Below, piece after piece: positions 52,719 through 62,695 of a DNA stretch of 64,000 nucleotides (the first letter of the stretch is position 1; every line of letters starts with the position of its first letter). Location: positions 10,467 to 74,466 of IMG/VR virus record IMGVR_UViG_3300009428_000004; one strand, 5' to 3'. Source of the stretch: a virus. Both the position numbers and the translations under genes were made by a program. The notes under the pieces are model-generated. The model did no database searches. It had not been told where the DNA came from and saw only the letters and a list, made by a program, of their open reading frames with translations.

Positions 52719-53779
52719 TTTTTAACCTTAAATTTTGTATCGTTTGGATATTCACCAGCTTTAGAATTTCTCAACTCAATCACATAATCCTCAACGTCAT
52801 TGCTACACAATATAGTGATCTGCTTGGACGTTTTTGTAGGATACCTTATGCTATTAACTCGTATATTTTTAGATAGCTTATCCAACTTCGTTTTTCCTAA
52901 CCAGAAGACTTTCCATCCACTAGTTAATCGTCTCACATAGAAGTAGTTCATACCCCAGGCTCTGTTGAAAATCTTTTCGATTTCTCTTGCGTTAACTCTA
53001 GAGACTGAAAGCTTTGGTCTACCTATACTAGCAGTATTTATATTACCTCGTTCATCGAACCCCGATTGGACTTTATTCAAGTCTACGCCAAAAGTGTTTA
53101 AGAATGTAGCACCTTCAGAATCTGGCTGAAGATTTCCTTCTTTATCAAAGAGTGATGCGGCACCAGAGTACGAACTAAACGTATTGCCTTTAATATCTTT
53201 AAGTGAGATGTACCAAGTATTTCTTTGAGAATCAGTGAGAATGATGTCTCCAATAATAGCACCCAAATCTGCAATGGGAACGCCTTCTTTCTTAGTAGCA
53301 CCACGTCTCTGCGTAGCACTCACTATCTCTGAACTAGCAAATGGAGCGTGTGATTCGTTCATCATGGTAACTACTTTAGCTATCTCAGAGTTGCCTCTGG
53401 TCTTAAAGTAATCGTCTAGATTTGTCACTGTGCGTGTTTCAAACCTTTCGCCAGCATTCGCACCACGAGCAATGATTATATCAAACATTTGCCTATCAAA
53501 GATGAAAGAGTAACTAGGAAACTTAGAACTGTTTGGAGATATTTCATTGTACTTGATCTGCGTAATCTTAGGGTCTTGTCTTAGCTTATTACTCAGATGT
53601 GCGATACACGCTTTACTTGTATCTAGTTCTTTGTTTATGAGATTTAACCTGTACTCTCGATAGCGTTTATCATTAGAACCTGGTTTGCCTTTTGGAAACC
53701 GAGCGTTAAGCTCATAGTTCTTATTTTTTACCATAGAGTTCAGATTCTCTCCAAGTTTTTGATATACTTCTGCGCTCAT
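52715..53779 (-). CDS. Restriction-endonuclease-like hypothetical protein
   Basis: GERFE...GDIILTD...YISLK. Confidence 0.5.
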   Translation of the reverse strand: MSAEVYQKLGENLNSMVKNKNYELNARFPKGKPGSNDKRYREYRLNLINKELDTSKACIAHLSNKLRQDPKITQIKYNEISPNSSKFPSYSFIFDRQMFDIIIARGANAGERFETRTVTNLDDYFKTRGNSEIAKVVTMMNESHAPFASSEIVSATQRRGATKKEGVPIADLGAIIGDIILTDSQRNTWYISLKDIKGNTFSSYSGAASLFDKEGNLQPDSEGATFLNTFGVDLNKVQSGFDERGNINTASIGRPKLSVSRVNAREIEKIFNRAWGMNYFYVRRLTSGWKVFWLGKTKLDKLSKNIRVNSIRYPTKTSKQITILCSNDVEDYVIELRNSKAGEYPNDTKFKVKK

Positions 53780-53805
53780 GGGTCAGTAGAATCCTTATGT
53801 TTCTA

Positions 53806-54012
53806 CTATTTATCGATCAGGTTATTTTGGTTAGTCTCGACATGCTCTTCGACTATAGCTTGAATCAAAGACAATCGTCCTTCGGAGATATGCTCTTCTA
53901 GTCGATAAATCTTGATTAACTCTTCCAATCTATCTGCTATAGACTTCCAGGGTTCTTTGGTTACCCATTGTTCCATTGACCTTAATTTACTAACCATTTG
54001 ATCATCGGTCAT
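53806..54012 (-). CDS. Small hypothetical protein
   Basis: ORF track. Confidence 0.5.
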   Translation of the reverse strand: MTDDQMVSKLRSMEQWVTKEPWKSIADRLEELIKIYRLEEHISEGRLSLIQAIVEEHVETNQNNLIDK

Positions 54013-54182
54013 ACTGTAGCCTCTTTATGATCTTGAACACCATCCCATCTGAAGAAAGCCACTCGTTCACTGCACCAGTACCATCCCATATACTTTTGAT
54101 CTTCTTGTTTCAGATCGCTTTCGTGATACTTCCTTCCTTGTCTGTCTATTGTCACATCTACTTCATTACTCATATTATTTCC

Positions 54183-54602
54183 TCATTTAGCCATTCTTGC
54201 TATTTCTATTGCTTGCTGTTGGTTGGTGATAGGTACTGCATTTGACTTGTGCATGGTGGCAATTCCGACGATGTAGTTTCCTGTGTACACTGGATTCTCT
54301 CGTTTTCTTCCCGATTGCGGGATTCCATGAACTGGGCTCTTCTGCGTGTTTGACGGATAATGCGGTTGCGGAACTGTTGGCGTCGGTTCATAAGGTACAA
54401 ATTTCCTTTTAGTAGGCTTTAGTTTACCAGATATATATGCAACATATCTATCCAGTGTGTCAAACTGACATGAGTGTAAATGCTTACGCCTCATCTCTTT
54501 ATTATATCTTCTCCACTCGATCTCTACTTTAGACATATCAAGTTTCTTGATCTTGCGTTTGCTCGTAGGAACGTACACGCCTTTTATCATGTGCATACTC
54601 AT
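54183..54602 (-). CDS. Conserved early hypothetical protein
   Basis: YTGNYIVGIATMHKSNAVPI; TTGACA-N17-CATAAT promoter at about 54631-54659. Confidence 0.75.
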   Translation of the reverse strand: MSMHMIKGVYVPTSKRKIKKLDMSKVEIEWRRYNKEMRRKHLHSCQFDTLDRYVAYISGKLKPTKRKFVPYEPTPTVPQPHYPSNTQKSPVHGIPQSGRKRENPVYTGNYIVGIATMHKSNAVPITNQQQAIEIARMAK

Positions 54603-54715
54603 ATGTATACTCCTCTATAAACTATGTTACCATTATGCACTATTTTATGCAGTTTGTCAAGAAATATTTTTATTTTTATTTTTTTATGGAAACGCTTGAC
54701 TCAGGTTTTCTTTTG

Positions 54716-54723
54716 TATAAATA
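54716..54723 (+). promoter_or_regulatory. Late promoter TATAAATA (plus strand)
   Basis: Exact match after a T-rich tract, with no gene downstream. Confidence 0.8.
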
Positions 54724-54727
54724 ACAG

Positions 54728-54888
54728 CATGGGTGCGTGTTAATGTGTAATACACAAGAGGCAAGTGTGATCGGTAATAATCAACTCACAGAAGGAATAG
54801 CATACGTTACATCTTTGATGTCCGTGGGGTTCGGGTATGCCACGCAAACTATCTAAAAAAAGGCAATCTTAACGACTGCCTTTTTTTT
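54728..54888 (+). ncRNA. Candidate late-expressed structured ncRNA
   Basis: Closing helix UGCGUG/CACGCA around hairpins UGUGU/ACACA, GUG-UGAU/AUCA-CAC and GCAUAC/GUAUGC; own promoter and terminator; no ORF. Confidence 0.7.
54855..54888. terminator. Bidirectional Rho-independent terminator
   Basis: AAAAAAAGGCA-ATCTTAACGAC-TGCCTTTTTTTT. Confidence 0.85.
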
Positions 54889-54891
54889 GGT

Positions 54892-55065
54892 TTAGATACC
54901 TTCAACTTCATCTAATCTACGCACCTCAAACTCTTCGATCAAACTACTTTCTTCGTTCAATCTCCTGGCTAGAACAGTAGCTTTACTTAATGTACCAGTA
55001 TAGTAGACTGTCATATCCTTTCTTTCTAACACCACATATTCATAACACGGCACTAGTGTCAGCAT
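54892..55065 (-). CDS. 57-aa protein (not in ORF track)
   Basis: MLTLVPCYEYVVLERKDMTVYYTGTLSKATVLARRLNEE... Confidence 0.5.
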   Translation of the reverse strand: MLTLVPCYEYVVLERKDMTVYYTGTLSKATVLARRLNEESSLIEEFEVRRLDEVEGI

Positions 55066-55066
55066 T

Positions 55067-55315
55067 TTACTTTTCCTCGAGCCTCGAAAGCCTCTCTTCT
55101 AATTCATCTATTCTCTTAGCGATATTAGGATACTTAGTTTTCCAAGCAATACCTTCTTTATCCAAAATATCGATACCATATCTCTCAGTTGCCCAATCAG
55201 CAATAGAATCAAACTGATTGTAGCACCAAACTCCTGCTCGGGTATCTTTAAACCAAGCAGTTGATGCCGCACCTAATAGTGCTCCTGCTATATTACTTAC
55301 TATCCATAACCACAT
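55067..55315 (-). CDS. Small conserved protein
   Basis: WFKDTRAGVWCY...AWKTKYPNIAKRIDELE. Confidence 0.65.
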   Translation of the reverse strand: MWLWIVSNIAGALLGAASTAWFKDTRAGVWCYNQFDSIADWATERYGIDILDKEGIAWKTKYPNIAKRIDELEERLSRLEEK

Positions 55316-55326
55316 ATGATGTCTCC

Positions 55327-56763
55327 TTACTTTAGTTCACCAAAGTCTGGCTTACTTTTTGTTTTGTTTTGACGGTATGATAAGATATTATCTTTGTTCT
55401 CGCCCTTCTCTGCTTTCATTCTATCACCGAAAGAACCCTTATCTGCAACAGGTGTACTAGAATCATTAACTAGATCCTGTGCGCTATCTTCCGCATCAAA
55501 TAACTTCATCTTAGACCTATCAACACCGATGACAAATCTCTTAAGGTAATTGGTATCACCCCATCGATTTTTCAACTGCTTGACCATCAACTGTCCAAGA
55601 CCCTCAAGTTCTTCTGTAGATATCAAGCCAAACATAAAGTCAGCAGTAGCAGGTAGACCAAAAGACTCAGAAGTATCTTCGAGGTTTAAGTCTGAACTAC
55701 TGTAACCAGTACGAGTTGTTTGAGTAGCACTCAGAATGGGAACGTTGAATTCGACTGCAAGACCACGAAGTTCTTCAGCAATCGCTTTGATCAACGTGTA
55801 AGAGTTGACATTAGCACCAGCTTTCATCCTAGAACTTGTACATATATTTAGATAATCGATGTACACAATATCAGGAACAAAGTTCTTCTTTAGCTTTAAC
55901 TCATTTAACAAGTGTCTAAAATGTGCAGAACCAGCACTGGCAGTAGGATACTCTTTAACGATCAACTTACCAGTAGTCTTTGCTTTGACTCTACCGATAC
56001 GCTTCATGAATACATCCTTAGGCATATCTTGTAGACTATCCATAGTAGCATTCATTAAGTTAGCATCGATACGTTCAGATATTTTCTCTTCAGCCATTTC
56101 CATAGTGATATACAAAACATTCTTACCATCCATAAGATTGGCTGCCGCACAATGCGTCATAAACAATGTCTTACCAACACCAGTACCTGCTAGACAGATA
56201 CTCAAAGACTTTCTAGATAAACCACCTTTAGTGATCTTATTAAGTAGATCGAGATCAAAGGGTACCTTATCTTCTTTACTATGATAAAACTCATATCGAC
56301 TTTCAGTGTCTTCTAGGAAGTCATGACCAATAGCTTGATCGAATGACACACCTAAAGCTTTAGATAGGAGATCAGGAATAGACCCCTTATCTAGTTCTTT
56401 GTGATTACCATCTAGCACTAGAATAGACTCACGCACTGCATTAAAGACTGCTTTATCTTGGCAGAACTTCTCTGTCTTATCTACAATCCAGTCAAGATCA
56501 GTTTTATGATCATACTCTAAACCGTCAATCAAACTTACGATTTGTTGATACTGATCATCGCTGATATTGTCTTTCTCTTCGATAGCGATACGTAAGGCTT
56601 CTCTAGTAGGAATACCGTTGTAATCTTCGATATACTTCAGAATAGACCTGTACACCATTTTGTCACTGAAGTCGCCAAAGTATTCTTCAGTTAGAAAGGG
56701 TATGACTCTCCGCATGTAATCTTCATTGTGTAATAATCCCGCAAGTACGGTATTCTCAATCAT
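55327..56763 (-). CDS. 41: Replicative DNA helicase (gp41)
   Basis: LAGTGVGKT, YITMEMAEE, KEYPT, IDYLNIC, AEELRGLAVE, ATQTTR, SESFGLPATAD, KQLKNR. Confidence 0.97.
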   Translation of the reverse strand: MIENTVLAGLLHNEDYMRRVIPFLTEEYFGDFSDKMVYRSILKYIEDYNGIPTREALRIAIEEKDNISDDQYQQIVSLIDGLEYDHKTDLDWIVDKTEKFCQDKAVFNAVRESILVLDGNHKELDKGSIPDLLSKALGVSFDQAIGHDFLEDTESRYEFYHSKEDKVPFDLDLLNKITKGGLSRKSLSICLAGTGVGKTLFMTHCAAANLMDGKNVLYITMEMAEEKISERIDANLMNATMDSLQDMPKDVFMKRIGRVKAKTTGKLIVKEYPTASAGSAHFRHLLNELKLKKNFVPDIVYIDYLNICTSSRMKAGANVNSYTLIKAIAEELRGLAVEFNVPILSATQTTRTGYSSSDLNLEDTSESFGLPATADFMFGLISTEELEGLGQLMVKQLKNRWGDTNYLKRFVIGVDRSKMKLFDAEDSAQDLVNDSSTPVADKGSFGDRMKAEKGENKDNILSYRQNKTKSKPDFGELK

Positions 56764-56765
56764 TG

Positions 56766-57866
56766 TTATACTGTCTCCTCAGTATTGACGACAGGAGCTT
56801 CTTCAATGTGTTCTGGGATCTGACTATCGTCATCACTCATAAGACCATTAGAAGCCATTTTATAACGAGACTCGATAAAGTTAGCTAGGTCTGTTTTTTG
56901 AAACATCATTAGCCAGAAATCTTTATTGTCTACAATTTCTTTGGCTCTCATCATCTTATCACAGAGAACTTCACCAGTTGCAGGATTCAGTGCTTCGTAC
57001 CAACCAACTTTAGGCTTGACTACATAACCACCCTTCTCAGCAACTTCAAGTAGACCAGACCACTTCATGATACCACCTTCAAAGGTAACCATGATTGGAA
57101 TCTTAGACTTCTCACGGACGTGTCTTGACTTCTCGATGTTAATGACGAAGTTATATCCACGAATCTCAGTACCGTCTTTATCTTGTTGACGACCAATAAT
57201 CCAAATAGCATCAGCAGAGTAATACGCACCAGTACCACCAGATACGACATCTTTAGGATATAAACCAATCTCTTTATAAGTGTGGTTCACACAGATCATT
57301 GGAATATCTTTCAGATTCAAGTGAGGTGTTACAATACGAAACAGAGATTTCATCTGCTTTGCACGTGACATGTCAGCTACAGACTTGCCATCCATTGCAT
57401 CGTCTACTTCTTTCTTAGACGCTAAGTTACCAATAGAATCGATAACAATACAAACGTTGTCTTTCTTATCGAGGTCATTCAACTGCTTAGTGATATCAAA
57501 CTTCAATTGTTCAACATCAGTAATCGGTGTGTGAATAACTCGATTCATATCAATACCGAAAGACTTGAAGTATTCTGGTGGTGTACCAAACTCACTATCA
57601 TAAAATAGAATGACACCGTCTTTATGCTTCTTCTGGTGTGCGGCTGCCATAAGCAACGCAAACGCAGATTTGAAGTGTTTAGATGGACCCGCTAACATCA
57701 GCAGTCCAGGTGAAATACCACCGTCAACTCTGCCAGACAGAGCAACGTTTACCATTGGCACGGATGTTGGTGACATATCTTTCTTACCGAACACTTTCGA
57801 GTCCATAATAGGAGCAGTCTGCTTAATAGTAGTGTTCCTAGCTAATTTTTCCATCAATGATGACAT
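56766..57866 (-). CDS. uvsX: RecA-like recombinase UvsX
   Basis: AGPSKHFKS, FYDSEFG, IDSIGNLAS, DMSRAK, NHTY, SGGTG..YSAD. Confidence 0.97.
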   Translation of the reverse strand: MSSLMEKLARNTTIKQTAPIMDSKVFGKKDMSPTSVPMVNVALSGRVDGGISPGLLMLAGPSKHFKSAFALLMAAAHQKKHKDGVILFYDSEFGTPPEYFKSFGIDMNRVIHTPITDVEQLKFDITKQLNDLDKKDNVCIVIDSIGNLASKKEVDDAMDGKSVADMSRAKQMKSLFRIVTPHLNLKDIPMICVNHTYKEIGLYPKDVVSGGTGAYYSADAIWIIGRQQDKDGTEIRGYNFVINIEKSRHVREKSKIPIMVTFEGGIMKWSGLLEVAEKGGYVVKPKVGWYEALNPATGEVLCDKMMRAKEIVDNKDFWLMMFQKTDLANFIESRYKMASNGLMSDDDSQIPEHIEEAPVVNTEETV

Positions 57867-57915
57867 TTATAATTCTCCATAGTTTAAATTCTGTTGTACT
57901 GCGACTATTATAACA

Positions 57916-58179
57916 TCATGCATCGTAAATGTCAAACAATTTCTTCTCAAATTGTTCGATCTTTGCTGTGCGGTTTGGCCAAAGAATGTACTCTTTCTCT
58001 GGGTTTGCCTTAAGGTTATTAAGCAGTGGTGTTATTGAGTTGTAAAGCCTGTCAAGCTTGTCTTGTAGGTCTGTTGCTGTACCACTCTCTTGAGCAACTT
58101 TTGCCTGCGCTTGTTGCACGACCTCCAGTTCTGTTTCATCAACGGCAGTAAAGCCGAAGTCAAATATATCTTCTGTCAT
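57916..58179 (-). CDS. Small conserved protein
   Basis: FDFGFTAVDE...PLLNNLKANPEKEYILWPNR. Confidence 0.75.
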   Translation of the reverse strand: MTEDIFDFGFTAVDETELEVVQQAQAKVAQESGTATDLQDKLDRLYNSITPLLNNLKANPEKEYILWPNRTAKIEQFEKKLFDIYDA

Positions 58180-60683
58180 GAGAAAAATCCTTCTAATGTG
58201 TTTATGTATTCAAGTTCCCAGTTTATGGCGTCAGATACCATCTTCAATGGGTCTTTGAATGTTTTGTTGAATTGCATATCGTAATCAATATGACTATCTA
58301 AGTCAAACTCTTTTGGCAAGAACTGTGGGAAAGATATGATGTTCTCCATTAAAGGATTAGGCATCTTCATGTAACAAAACTTAACCTTACTACCATTCTT
58401 AATCTCTTCCATAGACAGCTTCTTTTCTTTCATAAGCTTATTGAAAAGTAAAGCACCTCTGACGTGGATAGGAGTACCTTTCTTGTATATCGTATGCTTA
58501 TCATTCCATTTATTGATGTCGCTGACACCACGAGGAAACGATACGTCCTCTGCTGGCAAAGATTTGAACTCTTCATAGAAGTCAGCCACGAATGACTGTA
58601 GTTCTACTTCTGTAGAATTTAGCATGATGCTGTAAGCCTTTTTAAACTTATCACGCACAACTTGAGGAGTTGATGATTTCACAGCCTCGATACCCATAAC
58701 TTTAAGCTTAGGCTCTGCGTACTGTACACCCTCATTATTATGAACGTTAAGTATATAGCGTTTCTTTGCCATCCAGATACCCTTATCTGCGATAGCTTCA
58801 CGTGCCATAACCATTCTATTTTCATAAGCATTCATTTGAGTAAACATATCATTGTACGACTTCTGTAGAAGAGGCACAAGCTTTTGCTCACATGCTTGAT
58901 CGATGAACTTTACGGGATCTGTTGGTTTGACTGCATCAACAAGAGGTCCCATGTTCACGTATAAAGAGTCAGTATCCATAGCGATAACATAGTCTTCATC
59001 ATCAGATTTGAGAATAGTATTCAATGCCTTGTTCATGGCTTTCTCAGCCCACTTGATAGACAACTGACCAGACAGCGTAATGCCCTCTGCAATTCTCATA
59101 TCGAAGTATCTGAAGTATTGATTGCCTAATGCACCATAAAGCGAGTTAAGCAAAATCTTAACAGCCTGCTGAGTATTCTCAAGTCTATTTATTTCTCTCA
59201 ACATCTCTGGAGACTTCTTCTTCTCGTATTCTGACTTGAGGGAAAGCATCTCGTTTTTGATGCCACGTCTCTCATCGTACAGACCAATAATGATCGTAGG
59301 TAATACACCACGAACGTCTTTACGATACATAGAACCGTTGACAGCAACAGATAGATCACGCTCACGTACATCTTCACGTATTGGGTTATTGAGATAATGC
59401 TCAACACCACTTGCAGTAAAGTCATCACCACCTGAAACTAAAGTCTCGGGTGACATGTTGTACTGAACAATCAGATTGGGATATAGTGAGTTAAGGTCAA
59501 ATGATGTTACCCATTCAGTCATGCCTACCTTAGGCTCTTTAACATAACCACCAGGATACGATTCTTTATGTTTGCGTACCGAAGGTGGAACAGCGATCTT
59601 TCTCTCACTGAGATATCGATAGATGATTGAATCCCATATGCCAGTTGTACCGAATGCATCGTTATAGTTTACACCGCCCTTGTATGCAACGATCAACGCC
59701 AAGTCCATAAGACCAGTCTGTATGTCAATCTGATCTACTACCTGAACATCACGAATATTATAGTCGATGAACTTCTGGTGATTAGCTTTGTACAAACCGT
59801 GTAAAGAACCGTACTCAGAATAAGACAGCTTCTTGGTACCTAGAACAACAGCGGCAATATTATCTAGAGCATAAGATGCTTGATTGCCATATGTAAAACC
59901 AAATTTCTGAAACAGGTCAAAGTAATCTACTTGCTGAACACCATATATCTCATAAGCATCCATGTCTTTACCCTTGATGCCGATCTGTCGATATTTCGTA
60001 ATACCGAAAGGCGAGAACTGCTTAACGATCTTATCGCCAAGAATACGAGTAGTTCTGTTTATCATGTAGGGGATATCGAATAGTCGAATATTCCAACCAG
60101 TGATAATATCTGGACAATTGGCATGCCAGAAAGTTAAGAACTTAAGCATGAGGTCGGACTCATCAGTACATAGGCGATATTGAACCATGTAGCCATCTAG
60201 ATCAAGCTCACAGTCTTCTAGTCTCCATTCACCTAAACCCCAAACGTGATACACTTTAGAAGTACTGCTCTTGTATGCGATAGAAATAATTGGATGCTTT
60301 GCTTCACCAGGCTCGGGGAAACCATCATCAGATGCGACCTCAATATCTATATTACCGACATTGATACGCTTTAGATCGTAGGGTACTATGCCAGGATACT
60401 TATCAGCGATGAACTGAGCTACATAATTGTTGTTGCCATATATCTTAAAATTGTCAACGCCCTCGTATCTCTTATTGAACTCTGTGGCTTCTGACATAGA
60501 ATCAAGTTGAATAGGCTCAACTGAAGCACCATCAAAGCCCTTCCATTCACCAGGTCCCTTAGTAGAAGGAACGTACATCGTTGGCTTGAATGGGAATTTC
60601 TTCATGATGGGTTTGCCATCATCATTGTAGCCACGGAACAATATGTTATTGCCGTAGCGATTAACGCAAGTATAAAAACTCAA
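58176..60683 (-). CDS. 43: DNA polymerase B (gp43)
   Basis: DIEVASDDGFP, ITGWN, YNIRDV, SFDLNSLYP, KILLNSLYG, AMDTDS, KKRYIL; TTG start. Confidence 0.98.
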   Translation of the reverse strand: MSFYTCVNRYGNNILFRGYNDDGKPIMKKFPFKPTMYVPSTKGPGEWKGFDGASVEPIQLDSMSEATEFNKRYEGVDNFKIYGNNNYVAQFIADKYPGIVPYDLKRINVGNIDIEVASDDGFPEPGEAKHPIISIAYKSSTSKVYHVWGLGEWRLEDCELDLDGYMVQYRLCTDESDLMLKFLTFWHANCPDIITGWNIRLFDIPYMINRTTRILGDKIVKQFSPFGITKYRQIGIKGKDMDAYEIYGVQQVDYFDLFQKFGFTYGNQASYALDNIAAVVLGTKKLSYSEYGSLHGLYKANHQKFIDYNIRDVQVVDQIDIQTGLMDLALIVAYKGGVNYNDAFGTTGIWDSIIYRYLSERKIAVPPSVRKHKESYPGGYVKEPKVGMTEWVTSFDLNSLYPNLIVQYNMSPETLVSGGDDFTASGVEHYLNNPIREDVRERDLSVAVNGSMYRKDVRGVLPTIIIGLYDERRGIKNEMLSLKSEYEKKKSPEMLREINRLENTQQAVKILLNSLYGALGNQYFRYFDMRIAEGITLSGQLSIKWAEKAMNKALNTILKSDDEDYVIAMDTDSLYVNMGPLVDAVKPTDPVKFIDQACEQKLVPLLQKSYNDMFTQMNAYENRMVMAREAIADKGIWMAKKRYILNVHNNEGVQYAEPKLKVMGIEAVKSSTPQVVRDKFKKAYSIMLNSTEVELQSFVADFYEEFKSLPAEDVSFPRGVSDINKWNDKHTIYKKGTPIHVRGALLFNKLMKEKKLSMEEIKNGSKVKFCYMKMPNPLMENIISFPQFLPKEFDLDSHIDYDMQFNKTFKDPLKMVSDAINWELEYINTLEGFFS

Positions 60684-60749
60684 GATAGAACCTCATTTTG
60701 TATGGTATAGTTTACATTGTACATTATAAGAAACAAAAAGTCAAGTAAA

Positions 60750-61901
60750 TTAGTCAGCACGTTCACCGTATCCGTAGTCTATAACTACAGGAAATCTAGG
60801 CACACCATCCGGAGTTAGACCGAAATATCGTAACGTTGCCCAACTAGGAGTATCGCCTGATTCCCAAAGCTCTTTAAGCTTGTCTTGCTTACCTCGAACT
60901 CCAGCTCCACAGTTGTCTCCATTAGGCATAATCAAAACAAACTTCTTGACATGTCCTGCCCAGTTGCCTTGACCTTCTAACATAGACGCAACTCTGAACT
61001 CTTCAGTTATAAACTCTTTACGCTTCAGTAGACCATTCGATCTTTTGTTTTCATAAGGAGTATTGTTACGCACCATTTGTCCTTCGTATCCATCCGTCGT
61101 GTAATTAGCGTATAATTCGTCTAACTCTTCTTGATCGACAGCTAAGGACGTTGGAACTTTCTTTAGATATAGGCAGTTGCTGTTGATAAGATGCTCGATA
61201 ACAGCAGATCGTATTGAGAACGAATCATTAGGCGACATACTATCTTGTAGATCATAGACGTGGTATTGCACCAAATTCTTAGCCTCTTCTATATCTTCAT
61301 CAGTAGACTTCATCTTTCTCACTAATGAGGTGATCTTATTAAAGTCATCTTTTAACTCGTGATTATATAGTTCGCCGTCTAAAGTCATAGTTGGATTAGC
61401 ATCTAAGATTGGCTTAACTGCTGACCAAATATGAGGACAACTCGTGATGGCTTTACCGGCACGTGTCCACAATCCACTAGAATTCGCAACACATCTAATG
61501 CCGTCCAATTTAGGCTGACTAAATCCAGATGTTACTTGAACCCTTTGCTTAGTGTAATCACCAGCAAGCATGGGCTTAAATTTCTCATAAGTGTCTACGA
61601 AGTTAATGTCTGTAAAGTACTCTTTCTCTGCCTTCTTGTCCCAATTTGCTTGAGCTTCTGATTCGGCTTGAGTACGTGATGTCGTGCCATTGATTTTACC
61701 GACATTTTTAGGTTTGCTGATTTTCCATCCAGAGGTAACTAACTTACCTTCTTGCAATCCAGCTATCGATCTAGTTCCAAACAGGTCTTCAGTATTTGTA
61801 GGAAAACCATGTTCAACTAGACCGACTTCTATAGTCAGTACTCGTATCTTACCTTTACTATCACGTTTGTAGAGGGTGGGTAGGCTTTGTACAGTTTGCA
61901 T
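60750..61901 (-). CDS. 30: ATP-dependent DNA ligase
   Basis: KPMLA, QPKLDGIRC, LDGELY, YHVYD, EGQMVR, YENKRS..LLKRK. Confidence 0.93.
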   Translation of the reverse strand: MQTVQSLPTLYKRDSKGKIRVLTIEVGLVEHGFPTNTEDLFGTRSIAGLQEGKLVTSGWKISKPKNVGKINGTTSRTQAESEAQANWDKKAEKEYFTDINFVDTYEKFKPMLAGDYTKQRVQVTSGFSQPKLDGIRCVANSSGLWTRAGKAITSCPHIWSAVKPILDANPTMTLDGELYNHELKDDFNKITSLVRKMKSTDEDIEEAKNLVQYHVYDLQDSMSPNDSFSIRSAVIEHLINSNCLYLKKVPTSLAVDQEELDELYANYTTDGYEGQMVRNNTPYENKRSNGLLKRKEFITEEFRVASMLEGQGNWAGHVKKFVLIMPNGDNCGAGVRGKQDKLKELWESGDTPSWATLRYFGLTPDGVPRFPVVIDYGYGERAD

Positions 61902-61971
61902 AATATAGTCTCTCTCAATTAATCATTTGATGTATACATTATAGCACGGTTTAGTGCCATTGTCAAGTACT

Positions 61972-62006
61972 AAAAACGAAAACGGTGAGCCGTTAAGTTC
62001 ACCGTT
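61972..62006 (-). terminator. Rho-independent terminator
   Basis: AACGGTGA-ACTTAACGGC-TCACCGTT then TTCGTTTTT. Confidence 0.7.
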
Positions 62007-62027
62007 GGAGTTATTTACCTTATATCC

Positions 62028-62150
62028 TTATGCTAGTTGTGTTAGACAACTAGCTATTACAAAAGTGGATAATGCTAACAACAGTACTTGAGATACAGTG
62101 TCGCAGAATGCACCGTCGCAACTCTTAATGAAAGAGATTGCAGTTTTCAT
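62028..62150 (-). CDS. 40-aa membrane peptide (not in ORF track)
   Basis: RBS TAGGAG; MKTAISFIKSCDGAFCDTVSQVLLLALSTFVIASCLTQLA. Confidence 0.6.
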   Translation of the reverse strand: MKTAISFIKSCDGAFCDTVSQVLLLALSTFVIASCLTQLA

Positions 62151-62233
62151 AAGCTTTATTTGCTCCTATACAAATATTTGATTAAAGGGTGAGACAATAA
62201 ACTTTTGATCTACGTCCCACCCAAATGTCCCTA

Positions 62234-62695
62234 CTATTCTTGTAGTAGTTCTTTCTCTCCCGTATTAAGCTTCTGCCCAATCTTAATTTTCTTAGGCTTC
62301 TGCTCCTCTGGGATGACGTTTTCTAACAAGATACGAAGCATACCATTCTCAAGTCCTGCATCTTTCACAATTACCGTTTCAGCAAGTGTGAATGTTCTCG
62401 TGAAAGCACGAGCGGCAATGCCTTTGTGAATGTACTCTTTATCTTCAGAGTCCTCAACCTTACCTTCGACTGTTAGGACACCTTCTTTGACTTGAATGTC
62501 AAGAGATTCCTCAGTGAATCCAGCAACTGCCATTTCAACGATATACGTTGTATCACTTTCTCTCGTGATATTATATGGCGGATAGTTACTGGCACCTCTA
62601 TCGTTGGGCGTTTGATGCATCGCTTGGATGCGTTCAAAGATTCTATCGAATCCTACGGTTGTAAATGGATCGTACTGTGTTTGCATATAAGTCAT
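62234..62695 (-). CDS. hsp20: Small heat-shock protein Hsp20
   Basis: VGFDRIF, YPPYNI, MAVAGF, HKGIAARAFTRTF, LENGML. Confidence 0.96.
   Translation of the reverse strand: MTYMQTQYDPFTTVGFDRIFERIQAMHQTPNDRGASNYPPYNITRESDTTYIVEMAVAGFTEESLDIQVKEGVLTVEGKVEDSEDKEYIHKGIAARAFTRTFTLAETVIVKDAGLENGMLRILLENVIPEEQKPKKIKIGQKLNTGEKELLQE

Noticed and set aside
33437-60683. Inteins or introns in nrdA, nrdB, thyA, gp61, gp41, uvsX, gp43
   Set aside because: All are continuous with ordinary lengths and no splicing motifs seen; the nrdA extension is a glutaredoxin.
60681-61901. TTG start of gp43 and the ligase sitting between regA/hsp20 and gp43
   Set aside because: The TTG start has a plausible RBS and promoter, and such gene-order variation is ordinary in T4-like phages.
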